A stretch of DNA of 64,000 bases from Diadema antillarum (lineage: Eukaryota), in assembly GCF_040938485.1 (NCBI RefSeq), contig NW_027271266.1, forward strand, positions 434,001 through 498,000, given 5' to 3'. This document shows, in pieces, positions 51,316-62,360 of the stretch; position 1 is the first letter of the stretch; the number at the start of each line of letters is the position of its first letter. The position numbers and the translations under genes are program-made. A model generated the notes under the pieces. The model saw only the letters and a program-made list of their open reading frames with translations. It was not told where the DNA came from and made no database searches.

Positions 51316-51356
51316 GAGAACAGTTTCGTGACTCGTCCGAGTCACTTCTTCAGCTC
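51316..51356 (-). ncRNA. minimal type I hammerhead-ribozyme-like motif in the Penelope pseudo-LTR
   Basis: Minus strand GAG-CUGAAGA-A-GUGACUC-GGAC-GAGUCAC-GAAAC-U-GUU-CUC: core CUGANGA/GAAA, perfect 7-bp helix II, 3-bp helix I GAG/CUC, vestigial helix III. A degraded second copy lies on + at about 52564-52603. Confidence 0.65.
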
Positions 51357-51715
51357 TGGCTGGCTGGCGAGCATTCACACGTGTCGGGCGAATAGTCGAT
51401 GTTACTGCCTTTATTGTTTTTACGTCGAGGAATTTTCTCTCACCACCCACTTATCCACAAACTTGGAATTGTAAGGACTCTGTTTCACAGAGCATCCTAC
51501 CTCCGTTCTTCTACAGAGACGAAGAAAAGGGAATACCAACACCTGCCATGCCTGTGCACCGTCTTGAAAACATGCAGATTCAGAAACTGGAGCATTGAGA
51601 AAGCCCTTCACTCTCGAAAACGTGACGTCAAAGACAGGGCATCCAATACTAGCATATCCCAGAAACGAAGTAATGGCGTTTCGGATCGGTACTGCCAATG
51701 ACTATCAGAGGAAAT

Positions 51716-52070
51716 TTAAAGGGGATGGCTAGTAACTGATCAGTGGGAATCGGTGGGAATGCTGGGGGATGATTGTTCCAATTCTTGTGGGATTCATAAT
51801 TGTTGTGTGAATTATTATTTGCTTCAGAACTGTCTCATATTCAAGTAATGTGCAGTTTAATGCCCCGTCACTGTACAGGCATGCTAGCCTGGAACCATTA
51901 AACTGCACATTACTTTAATATGAGACCATTCTGAAGCAAATATTTTTTTTACACAATCATTGGATATAATATTATAATGTACTCTTAAATGAATCCCACA
52001 AGAATTGGAACAATCATCCCCCAGCATTCCCACTGATTCCCACTGATCAGTTACTAGCCATCCCCTTTAA
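51716..52070. mobile_element. near-perfect palindromic Kolobok-type MITE nested in the Penelope element
   Basis: TTAA-AGGGGATGGCTAGTAACTGATCAGTGGGAATC ... GATTCCCACTGATCAGTTACTAGCCATCCCCT-TTAA; the arms pair over most of the length. Confidence 0.9.
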
Positions 52071-52924
52071 CTATTTTTAGCTCATATACCGGATTCCTCT
52101 CTATACCTCAAGCCCGCCAACACTCTTCGACAGAAACTGGTACATGTACATCCAAAAGACAAAATTCCAAAACACAAACGGAACAATAAAATACCAGTAT
52201 ACAGGAATCAGTGCAAAGGAAAGGACTATAAAGACTAGTATCAATGGCGAGACCAAACAGCTTCTCCACAAACGTCTTTGCCAGCATTGCAGATCCGGAT
52301 CAGCGGGGAACGAATCTGCCGTGTTCACCCACCTGAACAACTCGGGGCACCATTTTGAGGACAAAGAAGTCAACATCATTGACAAGGAAACCAGATGGTT
52401 CGAAAGAGTAGTCCGCGAAAATCCTCGGGAAGGGCGACTCCGACACAACCTTCCACCAACATACAAGTCGGTGATCCGGAAAATTCCTCAACATACAGAC
52501 AGTAAAGGCAGTAACATCGCCCATTCACCCATACGGGTAAATTGAATGCTCGCCAGACAGACAGAGCTGAAGAATATTTAGTGACAAGTCATGAAACTGT
52601 TCCGTGATTTTCACAAGTAAGTACAGTCGAATTGATTCAGTTTTACACGCTTGTACGTATACAAAGTTACTGTAATCATTATCATGCATCTTCAATCTGA
52701 ACGTGGCAGCAAGTTCCCAAAAGTTATACATTCTTAAAGTAGAAGCATTAGAATGATTTCTTCAAACGTAATTATCTTAAAACAATTTCAAGTCATACTT
52801 GTTTTAGAGCGTGTGTATATTTAAGATTTCACTTCCATTTACGTCCATCCCTCTAACATACATGTACAATCACACATTCACACACACACACAAACACACA
52901 CACACACACATACTCTCTCTCCTT

Positions 52925-52959
<35 letters not shown>

Positions 52960-53203
52960 ACTCCTCGTTCTCCGTATCTCTTTTTCTTCTCGATGTTCTT
53001 TAAAAACTATAGCTGGAAGAACTATGACACAAATTCCACAAGATGGACGTTTCATTAGAGAGATATTGGGACCAAATTACATTATGATACCTTATTTTGA
53101 TAATTGTATAAAGATCACAGATATAGAAAAACAACCCAACTGACTTCAAAGATTTAAGATTCAAAGAGATTCAAAGATTCAAATCATTTGACGTGATACT
53201 CAC

Positions 53204-53254
53204 CGTTTGAAGGTAAAGATGGTTGTGACGAAGTGCTGTCGATGTTTGATAATC
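53204..53254 (-). CDS. Frizzled-CRD/EGF protein, exon 7 (short linker)
   Basis: Acceptor TTTTAACCTACAG|GA, donor AACG|GTGAGT, 51 nt, phase 1-1. Encodes GLSNIDSTSSQPSLPSN. Confidence 0.75.
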
Positions 53255-53574
53255 CTGTAGGTTAAAAGACGTACAATATACAGATAGGCTGTCAACGCAG
53301 GAAAAAGTTAGATATAATCGATTAGTATTCTTATCATTCATTCCCATGTCTTTAGGCTCGGACATTGTTCAAATAGCATTCTCATGAATGCAACACTAGT
53401 ACAGAAATGTTATATGAGATTTAAAGATAGTAGCTGTATCTTATTGATGTACAACTCAATTAGAAGTGAATATATTTCACTATTCGACTTCTGCATACTG
53501 CATGTACTGGATGATCCTTTGCGGGTGATGTGTCATTTGCATATCAGAGCGCAAAGTACGTGTGTAATAGTCAG

Positions 53575-53753
53575 CAGTGGCGGATCCAGAGGGGGGCGCA
53601 ACCGGCGCACGCCCCCCCCCCTTTTATTTTTTGTTAAAAACAAAAGAAATAAAAAGAAAAAAATGGAAATGAAACTCGGAAGTGGCACCAGAAATATTAG
53701 TCACGCCCCCCCCCCCCCCCCGCCCCTTTACAGAATTCCTGGATCCGCCCCTG
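53575..53753. mobile_element. hAT-like MITE
   Basis: CAGTGGCGGATCCAG ... CTGGATCCGCCCCTG, flanked by direct repeat GTCAG and followed by (GTT)n. Confidence 0.8.
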
Positions 53754-53758
53754 GTCAG

Positions 53759-53806
<48 letters not shown>

Positions 53807-54265
53807 TCAGTTCGAACTCTCATCGTCCCATGTCATTTTTTTCGAGAACGATTCTTGCCATAAGCAGTCCAACATAACCAGCAGCGATAGGAGGACGGAA
53901 GGAGAACAACACAAACTAATAAACTACAACAGCAACCACACGACAAAAAGGCGAACAAGAAGCTATCTCCATCAGAATTTATCGTAACTTAAAGATTTTG
54001 CACATCTCATTTCAATTCTGTTTTCCCTTTTCTTTTTCTTTTTCTTTTTTACCGTTGTGAAAGTGATGTTTAACTGACTTGGCAACAACGAATGCTTGTC
54101 AAACGGAATTGCAAGATTTATACAAACAGAACTGGTATGTCTGCGAAGCTCTCTGCTGGTTAGCTCATACTTAGATGGAAGAAAGATATGAATGCATTTT
54201 ATTGGATTATCTGTGTGAATAGTGAGTGTTCCCTGAAACACCCTATGAGCTCACGTGTCACTTAC

Positions 54266-54397
54266 CGCGTTCGCAATGGATCCCCTCATAGCCTGGTTGG
54301 CACAGGCACAGCACGGTTGCCGAGCCGAAGACAAGCCGATGGCTCACACAGGTCCCTCCATTAAGACAGGGGTGGCTATCACAGGGTTCGTCATATT
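54266..54397 (-). CDS. Frizzled-CRD/EGF protein, exon 6 (EGF-like domain 2)
   Basis: Acceptor TTCGTAG|AA, donor CGCG|GTAAGT, phase 1-1. Encodes YDEPCDSHPCLNGGTCVSHRLVFGSATVLCLCQPGYEGIHCER. Confidence 0.92.
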
Positions 54398-54918
54398 CTA
54401 CGAACGAGAACAACAAGACAAACCATGGGAAGGGGCAGCGCTAATGCATGAAATGGGGACAAAGATGGGACAAATCGTAGGAAAATGCCCCTAAGTCAAG
54501 CAGACGAAAGAGTCAATGAAACACAATATCTAGAAAGAAAAATGAATTCAAGGAAAAGCAGAATATTGAATACGAGCTTGCATACACGTTTTCCCCAGGT
54601 TGTTAGACAAATGCATTGGAAAGACCCAATAATTTGGTCTAAAAAATCAAGGAAATACAATCAACGACCATAAAGAAAAAACACTCGAGTAGTGTCATAT
54701 TTTGAATGTCATGTCAGCGGGTTGTACACAGTCCTTGTATATAATTATATTTTCTATATGATTTTGACTTTTACCAAATCGTAGCTACTGACATTTTATG
54801 AAAATTACATTTTTTTTAAATAAACCGTTTATCTTATACATGGTTTTCCAGATTGACAGTGATCGAGTCGTTTAATGTCTATTATATCTGATGTCAAAAA
54901 GTAAATGATAATACATAC

Positions 54919-55041
54919 TTTCCTGACAATGGATGCCATAAAATTGTCTCGGACATCGACAAATGGCTCTGTCGTTGACATGGAAACAAATCCCGCCATT
55001 TTCACACGTAACGGACGAACACGGAGAGTGCTGATCTGCTG
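54919..55041 (-). CDS. Frizzled-CRD/EGF protein, exon 5 (EGF-like domain 1)
   Basis: Acceptor CTCACTTCAG|CAG|CAG, donor GAAA|GTATGT, phase 1-1. Encodes SPCSSVTCENGGICFHVNDRAICRCPRQFYGIHCQE, a six-Cys EGF pattern. Too short for the supplied ORF track. Confidence 0.9.
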
Positions 55042-55693
55042 CTGAAGTGAGACAAGATAACTATAGTAAGAAAATTAATCATACACACAAGAAGGTCAGA
55101 ATAGAATAATTGTCCACATACTTCACGATTAAGTTTAAGATAAAAGCTATGCTCTGGAAAATTTCTTAAGTTGTAGGAGTGATGCCATAACGTCTTCAAT
55201 TTACAACAAAATTGATTTTTTTGCCTTCAGGCAACTTTTTCAATAGTCTCTGCTTTCACACATTGCAAAAGTGCATTATTTTCTAGTTAAAGCACGATTG
55301 ATGGTACATTTCTTCAAACAACGTCACACATAAACTGACATTGATTATAATTCATAATCATAGACGAAGTGTAACCTCCATATTCTTACAAACGTCGCAC
55401 GACGTAAGTTTCAAGTCCAGTTTCTGATTTATAAGAATTTGAACGTCACTCATTTTGTACTTTTGTTGGATATTCCTAATGTGTAACAAATGTCTTTCAC
55501 ATTTCAAACAATTGATCAGTTATTATGCTTCTTATGCTATGTTACTGTCACATCATGGTCAATGAGGCATACTGGCAAGCCAGATATATACTACATAGGT
55601 AACTATACTGTAGATGTGAAGGAGTATGATCACGTGAAGACTCTCGTTACTGATCTGCAAACACGATGATAATGACGCTTGGCAAGAAATTAC

Positions 55694-56089
55694 CAAGTGG
55701 TGAGGTGGACGTGTTACGAAAGCAGATGCTCTCATTTTCGGACTCTGGCATGGGTGTACAGAGATTCCCCCAAATCCTGATCGAGGAGGAGGAGGAGGAG
55801 GACGAGGTATTGACGACACATCGTGACAGGACGTCCTCGCAGAGCGAGCGACACGGGAGCGGGTGAAAGTTGTCGAAGTTCCGAAGAGCAAAGCACGGGG
55901 GGAAGATGATGCGGCACAGCAGGCGCTCCACAACCTCGGTGCGACAATCGCGGAGCACGTCGCCGGCGAGCTGGTGGTACAGCTGTGTGCCCTGTGTGAT
56001 CGTTTCGCTCAGATTGAATCGGTTCGGGAAGAAAGATGAGTCGTACGGTAGCAAGTCCCGGCACACTGCAACGGGGATCTCAGTGCAGT
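55694..56089 (-). CDS. Frizzled-CRD/EGF protein, exon 4 (Frizzled cysteine-rich domain 1)
   Basis: Acceptor GATTAG|AC, donor CTTG|GTAATT, 396 nt, phase 1-1. Ten cysteines in FZ spacing: CTEIPVAVCRDLLPY...CRTEVVERLLCRIIFPPC...PLPCRSLCEDVLSRC...CTPMPESENESIC. Confidence 0.92.
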
Positions 56090-57127
56090 CTAATCATTGA
56101 GAAACCAATTAACGAGCTTAATAACTAAAACACAAAGAAATCAACCATTAGGCCTACACGGTTTAGAGCGACTGTGAAATAGATTTTGGAATATTTTCTC
56201 CTTGAACGGTGATTTGACTTTGAGATCTGTGTCGAAGCAGATTGAATTAATTTTTGTGAAAAAAAAATACTTGTGGTAACAGCAAATTCTGCCCCTATTA
56301 CATCACATTTAGGCGAAATACCAGATAAGTTGCTGAACACACTGATTATCATGTATGTTTATTATGTTTATTCCGTTGATTTATCCGTTTACTTGTTAAT
56401 TGATTGACCCATCTCGGTGTTACGTGATTTCTCCGCCGTGGATGTTAATTTCTGAAGGAAAATTTTATCAAAATAAACACACTAAACATGCTAAACAAAT
56501 AATCACGACTATTATGACTGTGACTTATGACATATGTTTCCGAAAAAAACCCACACGTTATTTAAGATATGATAGAAAGCATTGTCTTGATAAACTTCAG
56601 CACTTAGGAGTAACTTTGTATTAACCATATTATATAATATTAAGTGGAGCATTAGAGAAGGGAAATCATGTAAAAACAAGGACTGCGCTGGAATGAGTGA
56701 TGTCATGTAGCCAAAGACTTATTATTCTTTTTAGACCGTATAGTAATTCACCATTTCAACCAGTGGACATCGCAATTCCTAATCGGAGATATAAAGTATG
56801 TAGGCCTTTTTTTTTGGTAGGTGTTGCAGAAGAGCTCAGGTAAATTGGGAATTCTACATCACAGTTAAAGCAATTGAAACTAGGGCAAATGAAGAATCAA
56901 GAAGTACATGCACTTCACATAACTGATGAAAATACACTTTAACCCGATAACGCTTTTGGATAATACTGAACATAGTTTTTCTCATTGCTTCTAATGGAAT
57001 GAATTTTCCATGTACTAAATACACCCGGCAGGGCTCTCCTGAAAAAAAAAATTCTCCATTTCACACCAACTTATTTTTATGCAAAACATTTGAACATGAA
57101 CAAAATAATTATGATTAATTCGGTCAC

Positions 57128-57238
57128 TTTCATGATCCTGCGTAAACGATGAATCGGTTGTCGACCAAGAGTCCGAACTGCTATCAAGCGGTGTCGGGGT
57201 GGTCGCCGATGAGTCCATCACAGTCGAAGGTGTCGGCA
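57128..57238 (-). CDS. Frizzled-CRD/EGF protein, exon 3 (Ser/Thr-rich stalk; boundaries uncertain)
   Basis: Encodes VPTPSTVMDSSATTPTPLDSSSDSWSTTDSSFTQDHE. Phase 1-1 with acceptor GACAG|TG and donor GAAA|GTGACC, both weak. An in-frame upstream acceptor near 57305 is also possible. Confidence 0.6.
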
Positions 57239-57715
57239 CTGTCAGCCAGTTGTGGTGTATACGAAGAGGCCACATGTTTCGGGTCAAAATGGGGGAGAGA
57301 TTGACTGCATCTCAGCTGGAAAATATTGGTATGCCAACTTGAAACTATTCTGCACACTTTCATATTCATTCACATGTTTTTCTATGATGTACTATAGACA
57401 TATTTATAGCCAATATATGATTATGGTCATTCACAATATTATGTTCCTCTCGTCATTGTAATACTCATATTTTGCATGTTTCTATCAATATATTTTTGTT
57501 TTGTCAAACACTGAGTTGTATTTTGTTTTACATTATCAGCGTAATTTCTGAATCGATACTGATTTTATATTTTCTTACACTTTAAATATCATGGATCCTT
57601 CTGGGCAGTCCTTGAAAAAAATGGTATGATGCTTCTTTAGTTGGTTGATTGATAATGTCCCTCACTTAACATGACATTCTCTTCATATTTTCTATTGTCG
57701 AGTTTCGTGTATTAC

Positions 57716-57886
57716 CGGGAAGGGTCGGTTGAGTACTTGGATACTGTATGAACGTAGGTGTCTCTGTTGACCATGTCTCAGTAGTTAGCGGCGGTGTTGC
57801 GCTGGCCATCGTTGCATCGGAACTAATCAATAGTATCTCCGCATCGGTAGAGGAGGCCTCTGTCATGCCCGGTGGCTGCAGATTGC
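57716..57886 (-). CDS. Frizzled-CRD/EGF protein, exon 2 (Ser/Thr/Pro-rich stalk)
   Basis: Acceptor ATTTTACAG|GC, donor CCCG|GTAATA, 171 nt, phase 1-1. Encodes GNLQPPGMTEASSTDAE...TPTFIQYPSTQPTLP. Confidence 0.8.
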
Positions 57887-58779
57887 CTGTAAAATCTGGC
57901 ATTCGGGTATGTTTAGCAGTTTAGGCATCCTCGACACAGAGTAATTAACTGACCGTGGAAATGCGACGAAGTACAGTATGATTATATTCTACTTATTATT
58001 CTTTTTATTCATGTTACATATTCCACATTTCATACAAGTTTCATATTTCATTTGATTTTGAAAAAGAAATGTTTTTAACGCAATGGTCAATTTGAACCCA
58101 AATTGCACAAATGTATAAGGACGTATAATTGACGTGTAATATGAGGAACCCACTAAAAAGCAAAGCTTGTAGGATGTGGGTTCCAAAAAATTGATATGAT
58201 ATAGACTTTTAGTACAGCATATCAATGTCAAAAGTGACGTAACATGCAAAAATACAAGATATCGAGAATAGATAAAGTTTACGGAATGCACAAAGTATTT
58301 TATGATGTTTATGATTAAACTTATGGTATCAATGCATAGAAAAGTAGCAAGTTGATCAAACTAATGAAGTCATCCGAGCGAGGCATCATTTGAGTATGCA
58401 GAAATTTTTCAAATGATTACGGCAAAATAATCAAACATAGGATTTTAGAAAATTGGCTTTGAGATTTTGCTTAAAGGAACTTTAAGAACTTGATTGCAAC
58501 CGAACCGAATCTAACTCATTCCAGAAAGAATGGTGGAGAATAAAAAAAAAGATAAGATTCCATCGGGATTTTCTTTGCTCATTTTTCCACAAGCAAAATT
58601 CATTTCTGGTCGGTTACTTATTTACACTCACCTGGAAAACTATTGGTTCTAGACCTCATGTCACTGTACACATAGCCATATCATTCTTTTTAGTTTCCAT
58701 ATAAAATAATCATGCATTCGTATATAGACCTGTTCGATTTGGGTGACTTGTTTCAATGTTTTTATCTATCTCAGCCATA

Positions 58780-58829
<50 letters not shown>

Positions 58830-59079
58830 GGGGGGGGGGGGGTAAGGGGCTTCAGTGTGCCTACCAACAATTGATTTATGCCCAGACATAGCAATCTGAC
58901 TCATTGCATAACATATTGGATCATTCTTTTCTTCTCAATTACTTTGGAAGCCCCCTATATATAGTACAAGTAGTAATGGCCAACACACGTTACAGTTTTA
59001 AAAACCAAATGGTCTGTATATTAAAGAAATCATTTCGTACAATTTATAAATAGTTTTGCTTCCTGTGAACGTAACTCAC

Positions 59080-59275
59080 CATGCAAGTGTACAAAGAGAA
59101 CAACAGCGACGACAGCAAGACTTGCTATCATACCAGCTATGGTGATGGATACCAACGCACGCACCACTCTCCTTCCGAGTTGCGAGCCCGACTTCACGGC
59201 AGCAGGGAGGTCGGGGACCACATCGCTGATGGAAGCATTGCGCACCTGCAGTTTGATATCTTGCTGGAATGCCAT
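59080..59275 (-). CDS. type II membrane Frizzled-CRD/EGF protein, exon 1 (cytoplasmic tail plus signal-anchor TM)
   Basis: ATG at 59275. MAFQQDIKLQ...LGRRVVRALVSITIAGMIASLAVVAVVLFVHLH has basic residues before a hydrophobic span. Donor CATG|GTGAGT, phase 1. Confidence 0.85.
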
Positions 59276-61519
59276 CTTGCGTCGATACTCGTAATGGCTC
59301 CGCTCGTGATCGTAGAATGGGTCAACTCGACGAGATTGTTTGACGTCACCTTCCGAGTTTAAAACCCATGCCTATATGTTTTGAATTGATATTTTGAAAG
59401 AGAAAAGTTGAGTAAAATCAGTTATGAGAGTAAAAACATTTGCAGCGGAAATTGTAGCAAAGGAGTGGGTAAACATAATAATAATTATGAATACCGTGAA
59501 GGGAGAATAGATCTATCCCAATTTATCCCACAGGCCAGAATTACAACAATTTGAGTAAAAATGCCGAAACTATAGCAACTATGGCGTTAAGTTGGATGCC
59601 CGTCAAAATAGATCTTGAACATTTCTCGTTTAAACATCCAGTTCTACTTATACTAGTCTAATATGTTTTAGACAAAATATAACTTCACACCACCAATCTT
59701 GATAGCCAACTACCACCGCGTCAGTAATGTAATACGTGATGGATGCATGTGTCAAGCCATGGACGAAAGTAGGCCTATATAAAAAATTCACAGAACACTG
59801 TCAAAAAAAAAAAAAAAGCTATAGAAAGCGCTCATGCGCCTGTCCTATCAGTCAGTGGTCTCATCAATACTATATCCATTTCGATTATCACCACTCCTGA
59901 TATAAGCAGTTATGATACGACTATCATCTCCATTTCTGGATTCAAATGCAAAGAGGAACCTAATACAATATACGACTCCATTTCTGCTGTCAGGTTCAAT
60001 ATGGGTTTGTTGTCAGAGCCCATTATACAGTCCTATTTTTGGCGCACTGTGAAAACATCCCGGTTGAAATTTAAACAGTCTCGTGACCTCACCGTATCAA
60101 AGGATCAGAAGCTTTCGCCAGTTATTTCGCGAAGGAACTCTCTCTCTCTCTCTCTCTCACATATACACATAAAAAATGTGAATTAAAGGCTGAACAGAAT
60201 GCTGTCACATAACAAAAATTATGTTGTCACATACAGTATGCCATCTGCTCATGATGCGTCATAATTTACACCGGTTTGAATCCTCTGATGAATGATATTC
60301 TTGCCATTACTAGTTCAGAAGTCAAAACCGAGAATCATGCTAAATACAGATTGCCGGACAAAATATTGTATCTTACCTTTCTTTAGGCTCACGTAATTTT
60401 TTCTTTTCACAAGCATGACAAGGAAAATCTGAATTTTAGATTATAGAACAGTTTGCTTGAAACTCTAAAGATATGGAGCCCGGAAGAAAATGTTGTTCAT
60501 CTTGATTTTAGCAGGATCCAATACGCAGCACAAGTGCTAATCGCGTCTCGTTCATTCTATCTTTGGCAATGTGATTATTGCAATAAGATTATATTCTTTG
60601 AACTATAATGCACAAACGGTAAATATAGAAAAAAAAGAAATAAATGTAACTCTTAAGAATAGAAAACACAAAATTGTATGAGCTTAATGTTTGCCTTAAT
60701 CATTTGCTTTAATTCATACAAATCTTTCCATCAGATTCGACTTATCTTTCCATGATAATGAATAATCATACACAAATGAAATAACGTCAATAGGGAGTAA
60801 CAAAAATATACACTAGTGTAAACAATACAAACTATAGGACAGACTTTCTTAAATAAAATTATGAAATCATAAGCAAAAAGCATTCTACATGGAATCATCA
60901 TGGAGAGAAACCTGAAAAAAAAAACTCCATAGATTGTAAAGTAAAGATTAATCTGAGTTGACGTAATGGCCAGAAGGAAATGAACATACTATAAAGTAAT
61001 GACTTTTTCCAAGAATACTTTTCCTTCTTTGAAGTAACCACATGATCCTGCATACGCTGAATCAAAGTGTATTTTGATTTGAGAGTACGAGTGATATTCT
61101 CTATTCCGAAGATTCGTTAAAAACTATCGATTTCTACTTATCGAATAGTCCTGCAGTTTGCTTTCAAATTACAAATAATACTTGATTGGGGACTGTTTTA
61201 CATTATAGATAGTATAAGGAATTCCAGAATAAGCACTGATAAGGGACAAGAATAAATCATTTTTTTTTTTTTTTTGCTTAATTGGGTTCTCCACAAAAGG
61301 AAATGAAGAGATGATGATGATAATAATTGGTCCGATAAGAAGTTGAAAGAATGTGATTCCAAACCATTACACGAAACAAATATTTTTTCTTTTCTTATAT
61401 CAGATTAGAGAGCTGGTCGGTGAACCAATCGAATTACAAGGCCTAATTCCCCCCCCCCCCCATGCCACGATGAGATTTTCTTTTCCAAAAAAAATATGAT
61501 TATTAATGCGATTAAAAGC

Positions 61520-62360
61520 TTTGGACAGGTCAGGGTATTATACCAATGGTGTTTAACTGAATACCAATTGCCGAAGCAATATTATTTTATCCATTTACCA
61601 CTGTTTAGGACGATTTTTGCGAAGTCTATATTCTCCATCGCTGGACCTAAATTCTGGAATTCCCTTGACAGCAGCGTAAAAGAATCTCTAAGTTTCAACA
61701 CTTTTACTTTGAAATTAAAGAAAATGTTTATTAATTCTTATATCACTGGGGATTTGCATTTTGATAGCTGCTAACTGATTTCTTTGCTGCTAATGTCTTT
61801 ACATTGATTAATTTATTTCATAACCGTTATGATATATCATTCATAAATAGTCCACTTCTCGGTAAGACCAAAGTCTCATGTGCCCTGGCATCGACCCTTG
61901 AACTCTTCCTCCTTTGCCCTTTCCTCTGTCTTCCTGTCCCCTTCTGGCCTTTGACCTCCTGTTTATTCTTTCCACGCGTATGTAAGAGAGCAGCTTTGTT
62001 TCTGTCTGTGTGTGCGTTTGTGTGCGTACTCGTTTTATGTTCTGTTTCCCGAGGATTATGTCAAATTGTATCTGCATTATTACTATAATTTTCATGACTC
62101 ACGAGGGGACTGCATTCTACAAGCTTGGCTTTTTAGCAGTCCCCTCCATTTCCGACCTTTTCTTTGTTATGACTCAGTCACATTTTGTTCATGTATTTCT
62201 TCAACTAAAGTACGTTTATTGATTCATGTAAACAAATGATGTGTATCTAAATTTCATTTGGATATGTAAAAGTTACATTGTACCTAATTTGGTTATATAC
62301 AATAGTCATATTATAAGGATTGGCCGGAAATGAAATAAAAATGAAATGAAATGAAATTAT
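61520..62360 (+). mobile_element. CR1/L2-type LINE 3' end
   Basis: IHLPLFRTIFAKSIFSIAGPKFWNSLDSSVKESLSFNTFTLKLKKMFINSY-stop resembles the CR1/L2 ORF2 C-terminus. It is followed by a 3' UTR and a (GAAAT)n tail near 62330-62357. Confidence 0.7.

Larger units (their letters stand above)
51270..52652 (+). mobile_element. 5'-truncated Penelope-like retroelement with inverted pseudo-LTR
   Basis: RT C-terminal remnant SHHPLIHKLGIVRTLFHRA...LKTC (about 51437-51600) and GIY-YIG remnant GETKQLLHKRLCQH...SAVFTHL..SGHHF...IIDKETRWFER...GRLRHNLPPTY (about 52240-52480). Segment 51270-51415 is an inverted copy of 52505-52652. Confidence 0.88.

Noticed and set aside
55647-59275. Calling the CRD gene corin, MFRP, sFRP or frizzled
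   Set aside because: No LDLa, scavenger, protease, CUB, netrin or 7TM sequence was found and the frame stops right after CRD2, so no gene symbol was assigned.
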